Assembly: GCF_013267595.1 (NCBI RefSeq)
Contig: NZ_CP054011.1
Coordinates: forward strand, 540,147 to 572,146
Origin: Prevotella melaninogenica
GTDB taxonomy: Bacteria; Bacteroidota; Bacteroidia; Bacteroidales; Bacteroidaceae
Reading direction: 5' to 3'
DNA length: 32,000 nt
Shown here: positions 1 to 8,886 of the stretch, in pieces
Layout of the letters: each line of letters opens with the position of its first letter
How positions within the stretch are numbered: the first letter of the stretch is position 1
Translations under genes and position numbers: made by a program
The notes under the pieces: model-generated
Seen by the model: only the letters and a program-made list of their open reading frames with translations
Told to the model about the DNA's origin: nothing
Database searches by the model: none

Positions 1-97
1 GATTTTTAGTAATAAGAATATCTGTTAAAACAAAAAGACAGACTCTACTAAATCAGAGAGCCTGTCTTTATCTATATCGGAAAATAGTGTAATTCTA

Positions 98-499
98 TTA
101 GAATGGTAAGTCATCTGTAGAATTTTCCTCTGGCTGTGCAGGAGGGAATGGAGTAGCCTGTGGCGCAGCAGGAGCTGGCTGAGGAGTGACTGGAGCGGCA
201 GCAACAGGCGTACCAGCCATAGCAGCTGTAGCGTCTACACGCTGAACGTTCCATGCACGAATATTGTTAAACCAACGGCCGTTGTACTCATGTGCATCAA
301 TGTCAAAACTTACATTGAGTTCATCACCAGCCTTAATAGCGAATTGCTCAATTCTATCAGCACCAAAAACATTGAAAACCATCTTCTTTGGGTACTGGTC
401 GTGTGTCTCAATCACATACTCCTGTGACTTCCATGGTCCTCGAGCTGAAGTTCCCTCACGTGCAGGAAGAACAGCAATTACTTTTCCTTGTAAATCCAT
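98..499 (-). CDS. DUF3127-like OB-fold protein with SSB-like C-terminal tail
   Basis: 133-aa ORF. The N-terminal ~90 aa resemble the Bacteroidetes DUF3127 family as I remember it (MDLQGKV...GPWKSQEYVIET...FNVFG). A Pro/Ala/Gln-rich low-complexity linker follows, ending in the acidic tip EENSTDDLPF. Divergent from dnaN. Confidence 0.75.
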   Translation of the reverse strand: MDLQGKVIAVLPAREGTSARGPWKSQEYVIETHDQYPKKMVFNVFGADRIEQFAIKAGDELNVSFDIDAHEYNGRWFNNIRAWNVQRVDATAAMAGTPVAAAPVTPQPAPAAPQATPFPPAQPEENSTDDLPF

Positions 500-613
500 T
501 TATCTTACTTGTTTTGGTTATTTTAATACTTTATTCTGTTTGCGAAATTACTAAAATAGTTCTAAAAAGCGAAACTTTTATACTTAATTTTTGTTTTTCA
601 CGTCCCTTTTTTG

Positions 614-621
614 TATTTTTG
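614..621 (+). promoter_or_regulatory. candidate Bacteroidetes -7 promoter box (TAnnTTTG) upstream of dnaN
   Basis: TATTTTTG at 614-621, about 90 nt upstream of the dnaN ATG at 712. Motif match only. Confidence 0.3.
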
Positions 622-711
622 TACGATGAAGTTGAAAGATGGTAATGGACTTGTTTCAGCCGTCTGGATATATAATAAGTGTAACAGAATATTAACTAAA
701 ATAAGATACTA

Positions 712-1836
712 ATGAGATTTAACCTTTCAAGCACTGCATTGAGCAGCCGGTTGTTGACTCTCTCTCGAGTAATTAATAGTAAGAATTCTCTGCCTATCTT
801 GGATTGCTTCTTGTTTGAAGTTCATGATGGTCAACTTACAATTACTGCTTCAGATAGTGAGAATGTCATGCGCGGAACATTGAATCTTGAGAGTTGTGAA
901 GGCGAGGGCAATTTTGCAGTGAACAATCATACGATTCTTGATGCTGTGAAAGAACTCCCAGAGCAACCATTGACATTGGATGTTAATCTGGATGAAATGA
1001 AGATTTATGTTACCTATCAGAATGGTTCTTATAACTTCCCGATTCTTGGTGCAGATGAGTATCCAAAGGCGCAGTCTGTATCAGATAATGCAACGACAAT
1101 TACGCTTCAAGCTGAGAAGTTATCAGATAGTCTGACACGTTCACTCTTTGCAACAGCACAGGATGAGCTCCGCCCAGTGATGAATGGTGTTTATTTCGAT
1201 TTGAAGGAAGATGGGTTAGCAATAGTTGCCAGTGATGGTCATAAGCTTGTAAGAAACAAGATCTTCTCTATTAAGAGTGATTCTCCTGCATCATTTGTCC
1301 TTCCAAAGAAGCCAGCTTCATTGTTGAAGAATGTTCTTTCAAAGGATGGTGGCGATGTTATCATTCGTTTCGATGAGCGTTCTGCAGAGATTTCTTTTGC
1401 TGAAGGCAACCTCGCATGTCGTTTGATAGAAGGTAAATATCCTAATTATAACAGTGTAATCCCACAGGATAATCCTAATCAGGTTACGATTGATCGTAAG
1501 TCATTGATTGGTGCTTTGCGTCGTGTATTACCTTTTGCAAGTGATTCTTCACAGTTGATTCGTTTCCATGTGTCAGCAGGTTTGTTAGAGTTGAATGCTG
1601 AAGATATTGATTTTGCAACAAGTGCAAAGGAGAGTGTTACCTGTGAGTATGGTGGCAACCCTATGAGCATTGGCTTCAAGGGCTCAAGCATGCTTGACAT
1701 ATTGAACAACCTGGAAAGTGATGATGTTGTCATTCAGTTGGCTGATCCATCACGTGCTGGTGTAATCGTGCCAGGTACTCAGCCAGAGAATGAGGATATT
1801 CTCATGCTGATTATGCCGATGCTGTTGAACGATTAA
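712..1836 (+). CDS. dnaN: DNA polymerase III beta subunit (sliding clamp)
   Basis: 374-aa ORF of typical clamp length. N-terminus is MRFNLSSTALSSRLLTLSRVINSKNSLPILDCFLFEV and the C-terminus is ...LIMPMLLND, both typical of beta clamps. Confidence 0.95.
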   Translation: MRFNLSSTALSSRLLTLSRVINSKNSLPILDCFLFEVHDGQLTITASDSENVMRGTLNLESCEGEGNFAVNNHTILDAVKELPEQPLTLDVNLDEMKIYVTYQNGSYNFPILGADEYPKAQSVSDNATTITLQAEKLSDSLTRSLFATAQDELRPVMNGVYFDLKEDGLAIVASDGHKLVRNKIFSIKSDSPASFVLPKKPASLLKNVLSKDGGDVIIRFDERSAEISFAEGNLACRLIEGKYPNYNSVIPQDNPNQVTIDRKSLIGALRRVLPFASDSSQLIRFHVSAGLLELNAEDIDFATSAKESVTCEYGGNPMSIGFKGSSMLDILNNLESDDVVIQLADPSRAGVIVPGTQPENEDILMLIMPMLLND

Positions 1837-1931
1837 GAAACAAGTGAAATAGATTTTATCGGGAGGATGGCTGTGTATCTTCTATATAGCCATTCTCCTT
1901 TATGATTATATATAGGGTTATACACAGACGT

Positions 1932-2786
1932 ATGAAACTGAATTTGACAAAGCCTTTGATAGTTTTCGACTTGGAAACGACTGGGCTTGACCTTGTAAAC
2001 GACCGTATTATCCAAATTTCTTTTATCAAGGTTCATCCTGATGGAAAGGAAGAAAGAGAAAATATATTTATTAATCCTGAAAAGCCAATACCTGCAGAAG
2101 TAACGCTATTGACTGGTATTTCTGATGCTGATGTGGCTGATGCGCCAACCTTCAAGCAGAAGGCTAAGGATTTATCAGATAAGTTTGCTGGTTGTGACTT
2201 TGCTGGGTACAATTCTAATCGTTTTGATGTGCCAATGTTGGCAGAAGAGTTTCTGCGTGCAGGTGTTGACTTTGATTTCTCAAAGTGTCGTCTGATTGAT
2301 GCACAGAATATCTATCATAAGATGGAGCGTCGTAATCTTGCTGCTGCCTATAAGTTCTACTGTGGTAGGAAGATGGAGGACGACTTTGAAGCACATAAGG
2401 CGGATCAGGATACTGAAGCTACATGGCGTGTGCTACAGGGTGAACTTGATATGTATGCTCCCGGCAATCAGGAAGAAGAGGATCGTGTGTTGAATAACGA
2501 CATGGATGAACTTGCAGAGTTCTCTCGTATGAATGACTTTGTAGACTTCGCTGGTCGTATAGTATGGCGTGACATGACTGATAAGGATGGTAACCAATTG
2601 TTGGATGCTACAGGAAAGCCACGCCGTCATGAAGTATTCAACTTTGGTAAGTATAAAGGTTGGGATGTTGCAGAGGTTCTGCGTAAAGATCCAGGTTATT
2701 ACAGTTGGATGCTTGCAAGTGATTTTACTTATAATACAAAGCAGGTATTGACACGTATTCGCCTGAGAGAGTTTAATAATAAGTAA
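1932..2786 (+). CDS. DnaQ/epsilon-like DEDD 3'-5' exonuclease with C-terminal KYKGW...YYSWM domain
   Basis: ExoI motif FDLETTGL, ExoII NSNRFDVPML, ExoIII HKADQDT. I prefer the ATG at 1932 (MKLNLTKPLIVFDLETTG) to the ORF-track start at 1902. Confidence 0.9.
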   Translation: MKLNLTKPLIVFDLETTGLDLVNDRIIQISFIKVHPDGKEERENIFINPEKPIPAEVTLLTGISDADVADAPTFKQKAKDLSDKFAGCDFAGYNSNRFDVPMLAEEFLRAGVDFDFSKCRLIDAQNIYHKMERRNLAAAYKFYCGRKMEDDFEAHKADQDTEATWRVLQGELDMYAPGNQEEEDRVLNNDMDELAEFSRMNDFVDFAGRIVWRDMTDKDGNQLLDATGKPRRHEVFNFGKYKGWDVAEVLRKDPGYYSWMLASDFTYNTKQVLTRIRLREFNNK

Positions 2787-2790
2787 GGTA

Positions 2791-4002
2791 ATGCTGAAAG
2801 GAAAGAAAATAGTTTTAGGCATAACAGGCTCTATTGCAGCATATAAGAGTTGTCTTATTATCCGTGAGCTGATAAAGAGTGGGGCAGAAGTGCAGGTGGT
2901 TATTACGCCTGCTGGTAAGGAGTTTATTACTCCTATCACATTGTCTGCATTAACACATAAACCTGTTGTAAGTGAGTTTTTCTCACAAAAGGATGGTATG
3001 TGGAACTCTCATGTAGACCTCGGACTATGGGCGGATGCAATGGTTATTGCTCCTTGTACAGCTGCTACGCTGGGTAAGATGGCAAATGGAGTAGCTGACA
3101 ATATGCTTATTACTACTTATCTTTCAATGAAAGCACCTGTCTTCATTGCGCCTGCAATGGACTTAGATATGTATAAGCACCCATCAACACAGAAGAATAT
3201 TGAGACGTTACGTAGCTTCGGGAATCATATTATTGAGCCAGGTAGCGGTTTTCTTGCCAGTGGTTTGGAGGGTAAGGGAAGAATGGAAGAACCAGAGAAT
3301 ATTGTTAAGGCTTTGGCGGATTTCTTCTCTACTTCATCGGAGTCGCCATCTTATACAGAAGATTTAAAAGATAAAAAGATTCTTATAACAGCTGGTCCTA
3401 CATACGAAAAGATTGACCCAGTACGTTTTATAGGAAACTATTCATCTGGTAAAATGGGGTTTGCTTTGGCAGAAGAGTGCAGTCGACGTGGTGCAAAGGT
3501 TGTGCTTGTTGCTGGTCCAGTGAGCCTTACTTGCTCTGATTGTATTCAGCGAGTTGATGTTGAAAGTTGTAGGGAGATGTATGAAGCTGCAGTAGGGGAG
3601 TTCCCTAATTGTGATGCAGTAATCCTTTGTGCAGCTGTTGCTGACTTCCGTCCAGAGACGATTGCTGAGCAAAAGATTAAGCGAGTGGGTGATGAACTAC
3701 TCTTAAAACTGAAGCCAACACAGGATATTGCTGCAACTATCGGTAGTATGAAAGGAGAAGGACAACGCATTGTTGCTTTTGCATTAGAAACAAATGAAGA
3801 AGAAAGCAATGCCCAAAGAAAGTTGGAAAAGAAAAATGCTGACTTCATTGTTTTGAACTCAACGAGAATTCCTGGTACGACTTTCCAAGCAGATGATAAC
3901 CAAATAACGATTATCAACAAAGAAGGTAAGAAGAGTTATGCTAAGAAACCAAAGACAGAAGTGGCTCGTGATATTATTGACGAGCTTGTTTCTATTCTCT
4001 AA
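2791..4002 (+). CDS. coaBC: bifunctional phosphopantothenoylcysteine decarboxylase / phosphopantothenate-cysteine ligase
   Basis: 403 aa. N-terminal flavoprotein motif GITGSIAAYK. CoaB-type ligase half with ITAGPTYEKIDPVRFIGNYSSGKMG. Confidence 0.95.
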   Translation: MLKGKKIVLGITGSIAAYKSCLIIRELIKSGAEVQVVITPAGKEFITPITLSALTHKPVVSEFFSQKDGMWNSHVDLGLWADAMVIAPCTAATLGKMANGVADNMLITTYLSMKAPVFIAPAMDLDMYKHPSTQKNIETLRSFGNHIIEPGSGFLASGLEGKGRMEEPENIVKALADFFSTSSESPSYTEDLKDKKILITAGPTYEKIDPVRFIGNYSSGKMGFALAEECSRRGAKVVLVAGPVSLTCSDCIQRVDVESCREMYEAAVGEFPNCDAVILCAAVADFRPETIAEQKIKRVGDELLLKLKPTQDIAATIGSMKGEGQRIVAFALETNEEESNAQRKLEKKNADFIVLNSTRIPGTTFQADDNQITIINKEGKKSYAKKPKTEVARDIIDELVSIL

Positions 4003-4864
4003 TGGAGAATTATCTGCACAAGAGCTAAATGCAAAGGTAACCGTGAATCATAATCAGATTCAGGGTACAGATGCTTCTGTCTTTGAGAATCTACAACAGA
4101 CTTTAGAACAGTTTATTAATACACGGCAATGGACTCATTATCAGTTTCAAAGAAATGAACGTATAAACTGCAACTTTAATATTACTGTTAGCAAATATGA
4201 CCCAGGTAGCAACCTCTTTACTTGTTCTGCTTTGATACAAGCAAACCGCCCAGTTTATAATGCTGCTTATAGTTCTACACTCTATAATAATCAAGATGGT
4301 GACTTTAACTTCACCTTTGCTCAATTCGATCAGATTGAGTTTAATGAGGAGAATATAGATAACCAACTAACGGCTCTGATAGCTTACTATGCTTATCTTA
4401 TCATAGGGTTAGATTTGGATTCTTTCTCTCCTATGGGTGGTGAAGATATCTTACAACGCTGCATGGTTTTGACGAATAATGCACAGAATCTTAACTTTAC
4501 GGGATGGAAAGCTTTTGATAATTCACGCAACCGCTTTGCTATTATCAACGATTATCTTGATGGTGCTATGAAACCTTTTCGTCAATTGCAGTACGACTAT
4601 TACCGAACAGGTTTGGATGAAATGGCTAACAATGTAGAACGTGGTCGTACAAATATCACATCAGCTTTGGAGAATGGATTAAAGAAGGCACATGAGAATC
4701 GTCCAATAAGCATGTTACCACAAATATGGACAGACTATAAGAAGGACGAGTTGGCTAATATATATAAAGGCAAAGGAACACAAAAAGAAAAGGAATTGGT
4801 CTACGATATCCTCTTTAGTATCAATGCCAGTCAGAATATTACATGGGATAAAATAAAACAATAG
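3938..4864 (+). CDS. DUF4835-family secreted protein
   Basis: 308 aa. N-terminal signal peptide KWLVILLTSLFLFSNGELSAQE. Sequence and position between coaBC and recN match my memory of the Bacteroidetes DUF4835 family. The only Met that keeps the signal peptide overlaps the coaBC 3' end by 65 nt. Confidence 0.75.
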   Translation: MLRNQRQKWLVILLTSLFLFSNGELSAQELNAKVTVNHNQIQGTDASVFENLQQTLEQFINTRQWTHYQFQRNERINCNFNITVSKYDPGSNLFTCSALIQANRPVYNAAYSSTLYNNQDGDFNFTFAQFDQIEFNEENIDNQLTALIAYYAYLIIGLDLDSFSPMGGEDILQRCMVLTNNAQNLNFTGWKAFDNSRNRFAIINDYLDGAMKPFRQLQYDYYRTGLDEMANNVERGRTNITSALENGLKKAHENRPISMLPQIWTDYKKDELANIYKGKGTQKEKELVYDILFSINASQNITWDKIKQ

Positions 4865-4927
4865 TAATCTTTTTGTAGGAAACAGTTATCCTCTGCCTTA
4901 ACTTCAATTATTATAATTGACAAATAT

Positions 4928-6598
4928 ATGCTGAAACATCTATATATTAAAAACTACACGTTGATTGATCAACTGGATATTGCTTTTCATTCTGGTTTCT
5001 CGGTTATTACTGGTGAAACGGGAGCGGGAAAGAGTATTATCCTGGGGGCAATCGGTTTGTTATTGGGCAATAGGGCTGATAGCAAACAGATAAAGCAAGG
5101 AGAAAAGAAATGTACGATTGAGGCACATTTTGACCTTTCTAACTATGGGTTTGAATCCTTCTTCGAGGAACAAGATGTTGATTTTGAACCTGAAGATACA
5201 ATTGTTCGCCGTGAACTAACGGCTACAGGAAAGTCACGTGCCTTTATCAATGATACACCTGTATCGTTACAAATGATGCGTGTATTGGGTGAACAACTTA
5301 TAGATATTCATTCACAGCATCAGAATCTTTTGTTACAGAAGGATGACTTCCAGTTGAATGTTGTGGATATTATCGCTCAAGACACAAAAGAACTGGCTGC
5401 TTATCGTTCGGCATACCAAGACTATAAAGAAACAGAAAGGCGTCTTTCTGACATGAGAGAGCAGATCTCTAAAGCACAGGAAAATGAAGAATTCATGCGT
5501 TTTCAGTTCAATGAGTTAGACAATGCTAATCTAATTGAAGGCAGACAAGAAGAACTTGAGCAAGAAAGTGAAACGCTCTCTCATTCAGAAGATATCAAAA
5601 CAGCTTTCTACGAGGCTGATAATCTGTTGAGTGATGATGACAACGGAGTTCTTCGAAAGCTGGGACAAAGTCTGGATAGTCTTGGAAATATAGAGAAAGT
5701 ATATCCTAAAGCACAAGAACTCATACAGCGTTTGTCATCAGTACATATAGAACTGAAAGATATTGCAGGTGAGATTGGTAGTGAAGTTGAGAATATCGAC
5801 TTTGACCCCTCTCGTCTGGATAGCATAAACCAGCAACTTGACTTGCTGAATACACTTGAACAGAAGTATCATGTTTCCACAGAGAAAGAACTCATCGAGA
5901 TACGTGATAACATTGCTAATCAGCTAAAGAATATTGATAATAGTGATGAAGAACAGGAAATACTTGAGCAAGAAGTAAAGACAAAACTTTCTACTTGTGA
6001 AAAGCAAGCAGAAAAGTTGACTACACTTAGACGTAAGGCTGCAAAGATTGTTGAGGAACAGATGAGTAGTCGACTTATTCCTTTGGGTATTCCGAATGTT
6101 AGGTTTAAGGTTGATTTGTCCCCAAAGCCTTTGACAATGGACGGTGCAGATAAGATTCAATTTCTTTTCTCTGCCAATACAAGTACGGCTATGGAACCTG
6201 TTGCACAGGTAGCTTCTGGTGGTGAGATTGCTCGTGTAATGTTATCGTTAAAGGCTATGGTAAGTGGTGCCGTGAAGTTACCAACAATCATCTTTGACGA
6301 GATTGATACGGGTGTTAGTGGTAAAATTGCTCAGAAGATGGCACTCATCATGCAAGAAATGGGTAATAATAATCGTCAAGTTATCTCTATCACACACCTT
6401 CCACAGATTGCTGCTTTGGGTACTTCACACTATAAAGTAGAGAAGGAGGAGACTGCAGAAGGGACACGCAGTCACATGCGTGAGTTGACTCAAGAGCAGC
6501 GTGTGAATGAGATAGCACAGATGCTTTCGGGTGCCGATGTTTCTGATGCAGCTTTACAGAATGCTCGAGAACTATTAGATTTAAGTAAGAAGAAATAG
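4928..6598 (+). CDS. recN: DNA repair protein RecN
   Basis: 556 aa. Walker A GETGAGKS, long central coiled-coil, SMC signature ASGGEIARV, Walker B IIFDEIDTG. Confidence 0.95.
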   Translation: MLKHLYIKNYTLIDQLDIAFHSGFSVITGETGAGKSIILGAIGLLLGNRADSKQIKQGEKKCTIEAHFDLSNYGFESFFEEQDVDFEPEDTIVRRELTATGKSRAFINDTPVSLQMMRVLGEQLIDIHSQHQNLLLQKDDFQLNVVDIIAQDTKELAAYRSAYQDYKETERRLSDMREQISKAQENEEFMRFQFNELDNANLIEGRQEELEQESETLSHSEDIKTAFYEADNLLSDDDNGVLRKLGQSLDSLGNIEKVYPKAQELIQRLSSVHIELKDIAGEIGSEVENIDFDPSRLDSINQQLDLLNTLEQKYHVSTEKELIEIRDNIANQLKNIDNSDEEQEILEQEVKTKLSTCEKQAEKLTTLRRKAAKIVEEQMSSRLIPLGIPNVRFKVDLSPKPLTMDGADKIQFLFSANTSTAMEPVAQVASGGEIARVMLSLKAMVSGAVKLPTIIFDEIDTGVSGKIAQKMALIMQEMGNNNRQVISITHLPQIAALGTSHYKVEKEETAEGTRSHMRELTQEQRVNEIAQMLSGADVSDAALQNARELLDLSKKK

Positions 6599-6621
6599 TA
6601 ATACCTTACTAAAAATATACA

Positions 6622-8310
6622 ATGAAAGAAATAATGAATATGAAACTGAAAACTTTAATTTTGACCATTGCCCTCATATTGGGTGCTTCTACTAACATTT
6701 TTGCTCAACCTGGTGCCGTTAAGAAGGCTGCAGATGCAGCTTTTACATTGACAACCTTTAAGGCAGATGGAAGTATATTAGCAACATCTAATGGTGTATG
6801 TATTAGTACTGATGGTGATGGTGTTGCTGTAAGCCCTTGGAAACCCTTTATAGGAGCAGATAAAGCTGTTATTGTTGATGCTAAAGGACAGAAACACGAG
6901 GTGGAGTGCCTGCTTGGGGCCAATGAGATTTATGATATAGTCAAGTTTCAAGTGAGCGGTAAGACTATTGCTGCTCCTTTGGCAACAACAGTTTCTGTAG
7001 GTGATGAAGCATGGATTACACCAATGCCAAAGAGTGGTAATGCTGAGAAGGCTGATGTTTCAAGTGTTGAAAAATTCATGGATAAGTATAATTATACGAT
7101 TCTGAAATCTTCAGCTACTGACAAGTTGAATGGTGCTCCTGTATTTAATGTTAAAGGACAGGTTATCGGTTTGTTCAATTCTGCTGGTGAATCACAGAGT
7201 TCAACGGATGTAAACTATGCCAAGGACTTTGTTGTTAAGGGACTTTCACAGAATGATATCACTCTTCGACAGAGCAATATTCGAATAGGTTTACCAAACA
7301 CAGTAGAGGAGGCTGTTGTTGCATTGATGCTCTCTTCTGAGAAACCTACTAATATACACGAAGCTATTGTCAACGAATTTATTACAAAATTCCCACAAGC
7401 AAATGATGGTTATTATGCTTTAGCGAATATACAAGTTGCAAAAGGTGACTTTGCTAATGCGGATAAAACAATGCAAACAGCTATTAGTAAGGTGACTGCA
7501 AAGGATGAAGCACATTATAACTTTGCTCGTCTTATTTATCGTAATGCGCTTATTCCAGAGTTTGCAGAAAAGACAAAGTCTGTGGGATGGACATTGGATA
7601 AGGCTTTGGATGAGATCAAAAAGGCTGAAACTACTAAGGCAAACGATGCTTATCGTCACCTTCAGGCACAGATTATCTATGCGAAAGGCGATTATGCAAA
7701 AGCTTATACTGAGTTTGAAGCATTGACAAAGACTAAGTTTAATAATCCAGAACTTTACTTAGAGATGGCACAGAGTCGTCAGCATTTGGGAGCTAATGAT
7801 CAGGAGATTCTCGATTTGCTTAATAAGAGTATCGAACTTTGCGACACACCATATGTTTCTACTTCTGCACCATATTTCTATACACGTGGTCAGCAATTAG
7901 AGAAGATGGGAGAATATAGAAAGGCTGTACAGGATTATTATACATATGAATATTTTAACCAAGGACGTCTTGGTGCTGCTTTCTATTATATGCGTGAACA
8001 GTGCGAGGTGAAAGGACGTATGTGGCAGCAAGCTTTGCAGGATATTCTTATTGCATCACAACTTGATCCTAAGGAAGCCTTATACCCAACAGAAGCAGGT
8101 AGCCTTTTGTTACGTCTAAACAAAGTTGATGCTGCTATCAGTGCTGCTCAACAGGCAATTCAACTTGACGGCTCTCAGCCTGATGCCCATCTTATTCTTG
8201 GTATTGCACAATGTGAAAGTAAACAGAAGGAAGAAGGTCTTAAGAATATTCAAAAGGCTAAGGAACTTGGCAATACACAAGCTGATACTTTCTTGCAGAA
8301 GTATAAATAA
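6622..8310 (+). CDS. secreted protein: degenerate trypsin-like N-terminal domain plus C-terminal TPR repeats
   Basis: 562 aa. Signal peptide MKLKTLILTIALILGASTNIFAQ (alternative starts at 6634 and 6640). The N-terminal part shows a chymotrypsin-fold-like pattern, ...LNGAPVFNVKGQVIGLFNS. The C-terminal half has repeated A/Y/L-rich TPR-like helices. Confidence 0.8.
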   Translation: MKEIMNMKLKTLILTIALILGASTNIFAQPGAVKKAADAAFTLTTFKADGSILATSNGVCISTDGDGVAVSPWKPFIGADKAVIVDAKGQKHEVECLLGANEIYDIVKFQVSGKTIAAPLATTVSVGDEAWITPMPKSGNAEKADVSSVEKFMDKYNYTILKSSATDKLNGAPVFNVKGQVIGLFNSAGESQSSTDVNYAKDFVVKGLSQNDITLRQSNIRIGLPNTVEEAVVALMLSSEKPTNIHEAIVNEFITKFPQANDGYYALANIQVAKGDFANADKTMQTAISKVTAKDEAHYNFARLIYRNALIPEFAEKTKSVGWTLDKALDEIKKAETTKANDAYRHLQAQIIYAKGDYAKAYTEFEALTKTKFNNPELYLEMAQSRQHLGANDQEILDLLNKSIELCDTPYVSTSAPYFYTRGQQLEKMGEYRKAVQDYYTYEYFNQGRLGAAFYYMREQCEVKGRMWQQALQDILIASQLDPKEALYPTEAGSLLLRLNKVDAAISAAQQAIQLDGSQPDAHLILGIAQCESKQKEEGLKNIQKAKELGNTQADTFLQKYK

Positions 8311-8378
8311 ATTTACCAGATAAGTTTATTGTCACGAAATTTGGGGGAATGGAATTTGGTAGAATCGAATTAAATCTG

Positions 8379-8386
8379 TACCTTTG
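8379..8386 (+). promoter_or_regulatory. Bacteroidetes -7 promoter box for tRNA-Arg
   Basis: TACCTTTG (TAnnTTTG consensus) ends 12 nt upstream of the tRNA 5' end. The identical octamer precedes tRNA-Lys on the other strand. Confidence 0.5.
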
Positions 8387-8398
8387 CACCCACATGAT

Positions 8399-8473
8399 GG
8401 TTCCGTAGCTCAGTTGGATTAGAGCAACAGCCTTCTAAGCTGTGGGTCTTGGGTTCGAACCCCAACGGAATCA
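8399..8473 (+). tRNA. tRNA-Arg (anticodon TCT)
   Basis: 75-nt cloverleaf. Acceptor GGTTCCG/CGGAATC (one G-T pair). D stem GCTC/GAGC. Anticodon stem ACAGC/GCTGT with loop CTTCTAA, so the anticodon is TCT. T stem TTGGG/CCCAA with loop TTCGAAC. Discriminator A. No encoded CCA. Confidence 0.9.
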
Positions 8474-8478
8474 CTGAA

Positions 8479-8534
8479 TGTTATAAGAGGAATATTCGTA
8501 AGGATATTCCTCTTATTGTTTTGATTATCAGTGT
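8479..8534. repeat. left copy of the ~56-bp imperfect direct repeat bracketing the island (partner 24351-24406)
   Basis: TGTTATAAGAGGAATATTCG[T/C]AAGGATATTCCTCTT[A/T]TT[G/A]TTTTGATTATCA[G/A]TGT... Hand alignment shows about 5 mismatches over ~56 nt. Similarity decays after that. Confidence 0.8.
8485..8522 (+). terminator. intrinsic terminator hairpin after tRNA-Arg
   Basis: 11-bp perfect stem AAGAGGAATAT (8485-8495) / ATATTCCTCTT (8504-8514) with an 8-nt loop, followed by the T-rich ATTGTTTTG. Confidence 0.6.
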
Positions 8535-8667
8535 ATTATATCGCAATGAGCTAAGGGGTTAATATTGTTAATGATAGAAATTTGTTTCATTAATCTTGCG
8601 TTTTCCGACTGATAGTTACTTTTATTTACCGATATATAACGTACTTTAATTATCCCGTGCACCCATA

Positions 8668-8713
8668 GTGATACCACTTGTGATACCACTTTTTTATTAA
8701 TTGTGTGATACCA
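8668..8713 (+). repeat. three direct copies of GTGATACCA (two tandem 11-12-bp units plus one 15 nt further on)
   Basis: GTGATACCACTT at 8668-8679, GTGATACCACT at 8680-8690, GTGATACCA at 8705-8713. Confidence 0.7.
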
Positions 8714-8842
8714 AAATAACGATTGCTGTATTGATGCTGTCTGATAAACATCTCTTATAAGGATTAGGCATTTGTATCATAATATGTTCATTATAACTCC
8801 ATTATATCCCTTTCTCACTATCTTTAGTCTAAGTGCTTATCC

Positions 8843-8886
8843 TTAACACATGTCGTGCTAAGGGTAAGCACCAATGGTGTTAAGTA
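8843..8886 (+). repeat. two 22-bp-period units of a degenerate motif also present three times at 28897-28962
   Basis: TTAACACATGTCGTGCTAAGGG / TAAGCACCAATGGTGTTAAGTA. Compare TTAACACCAATTGTGTTGAGCG at 28941-28962. Confidence 0.5.

Noticed and set aside
264-645. ORFs 264-554 and 388-645 on the plus strand.
   Set aside because: They overlap the better-supported minus-strand DUF3127 gene and the dnaN upstream region, and encode low-complexity hydrophobic peptides. Likely spurious.
2433-2939. 168-aa ORF antisense to the exonuclease/coaBC junction. Similar antisense ORFs lie inside coaBC, recN, vgrG and the sulfatase.
   Set aside because: All are embedded in strongly supported genes on the other strand or in another frame and carry no recognisable motifs.
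8399-8473. A first reading of the anticodon loop suggested CTA, which would make this an amber-suppressor tRNA.
   Set aside because: Once the 5-bp anticodon stem ACAGC/GCTGT is placed, the 7-nt loop is CTTCTAA. Positions 34-36 are TCT, so this is an ordinary tRNA-Arg.
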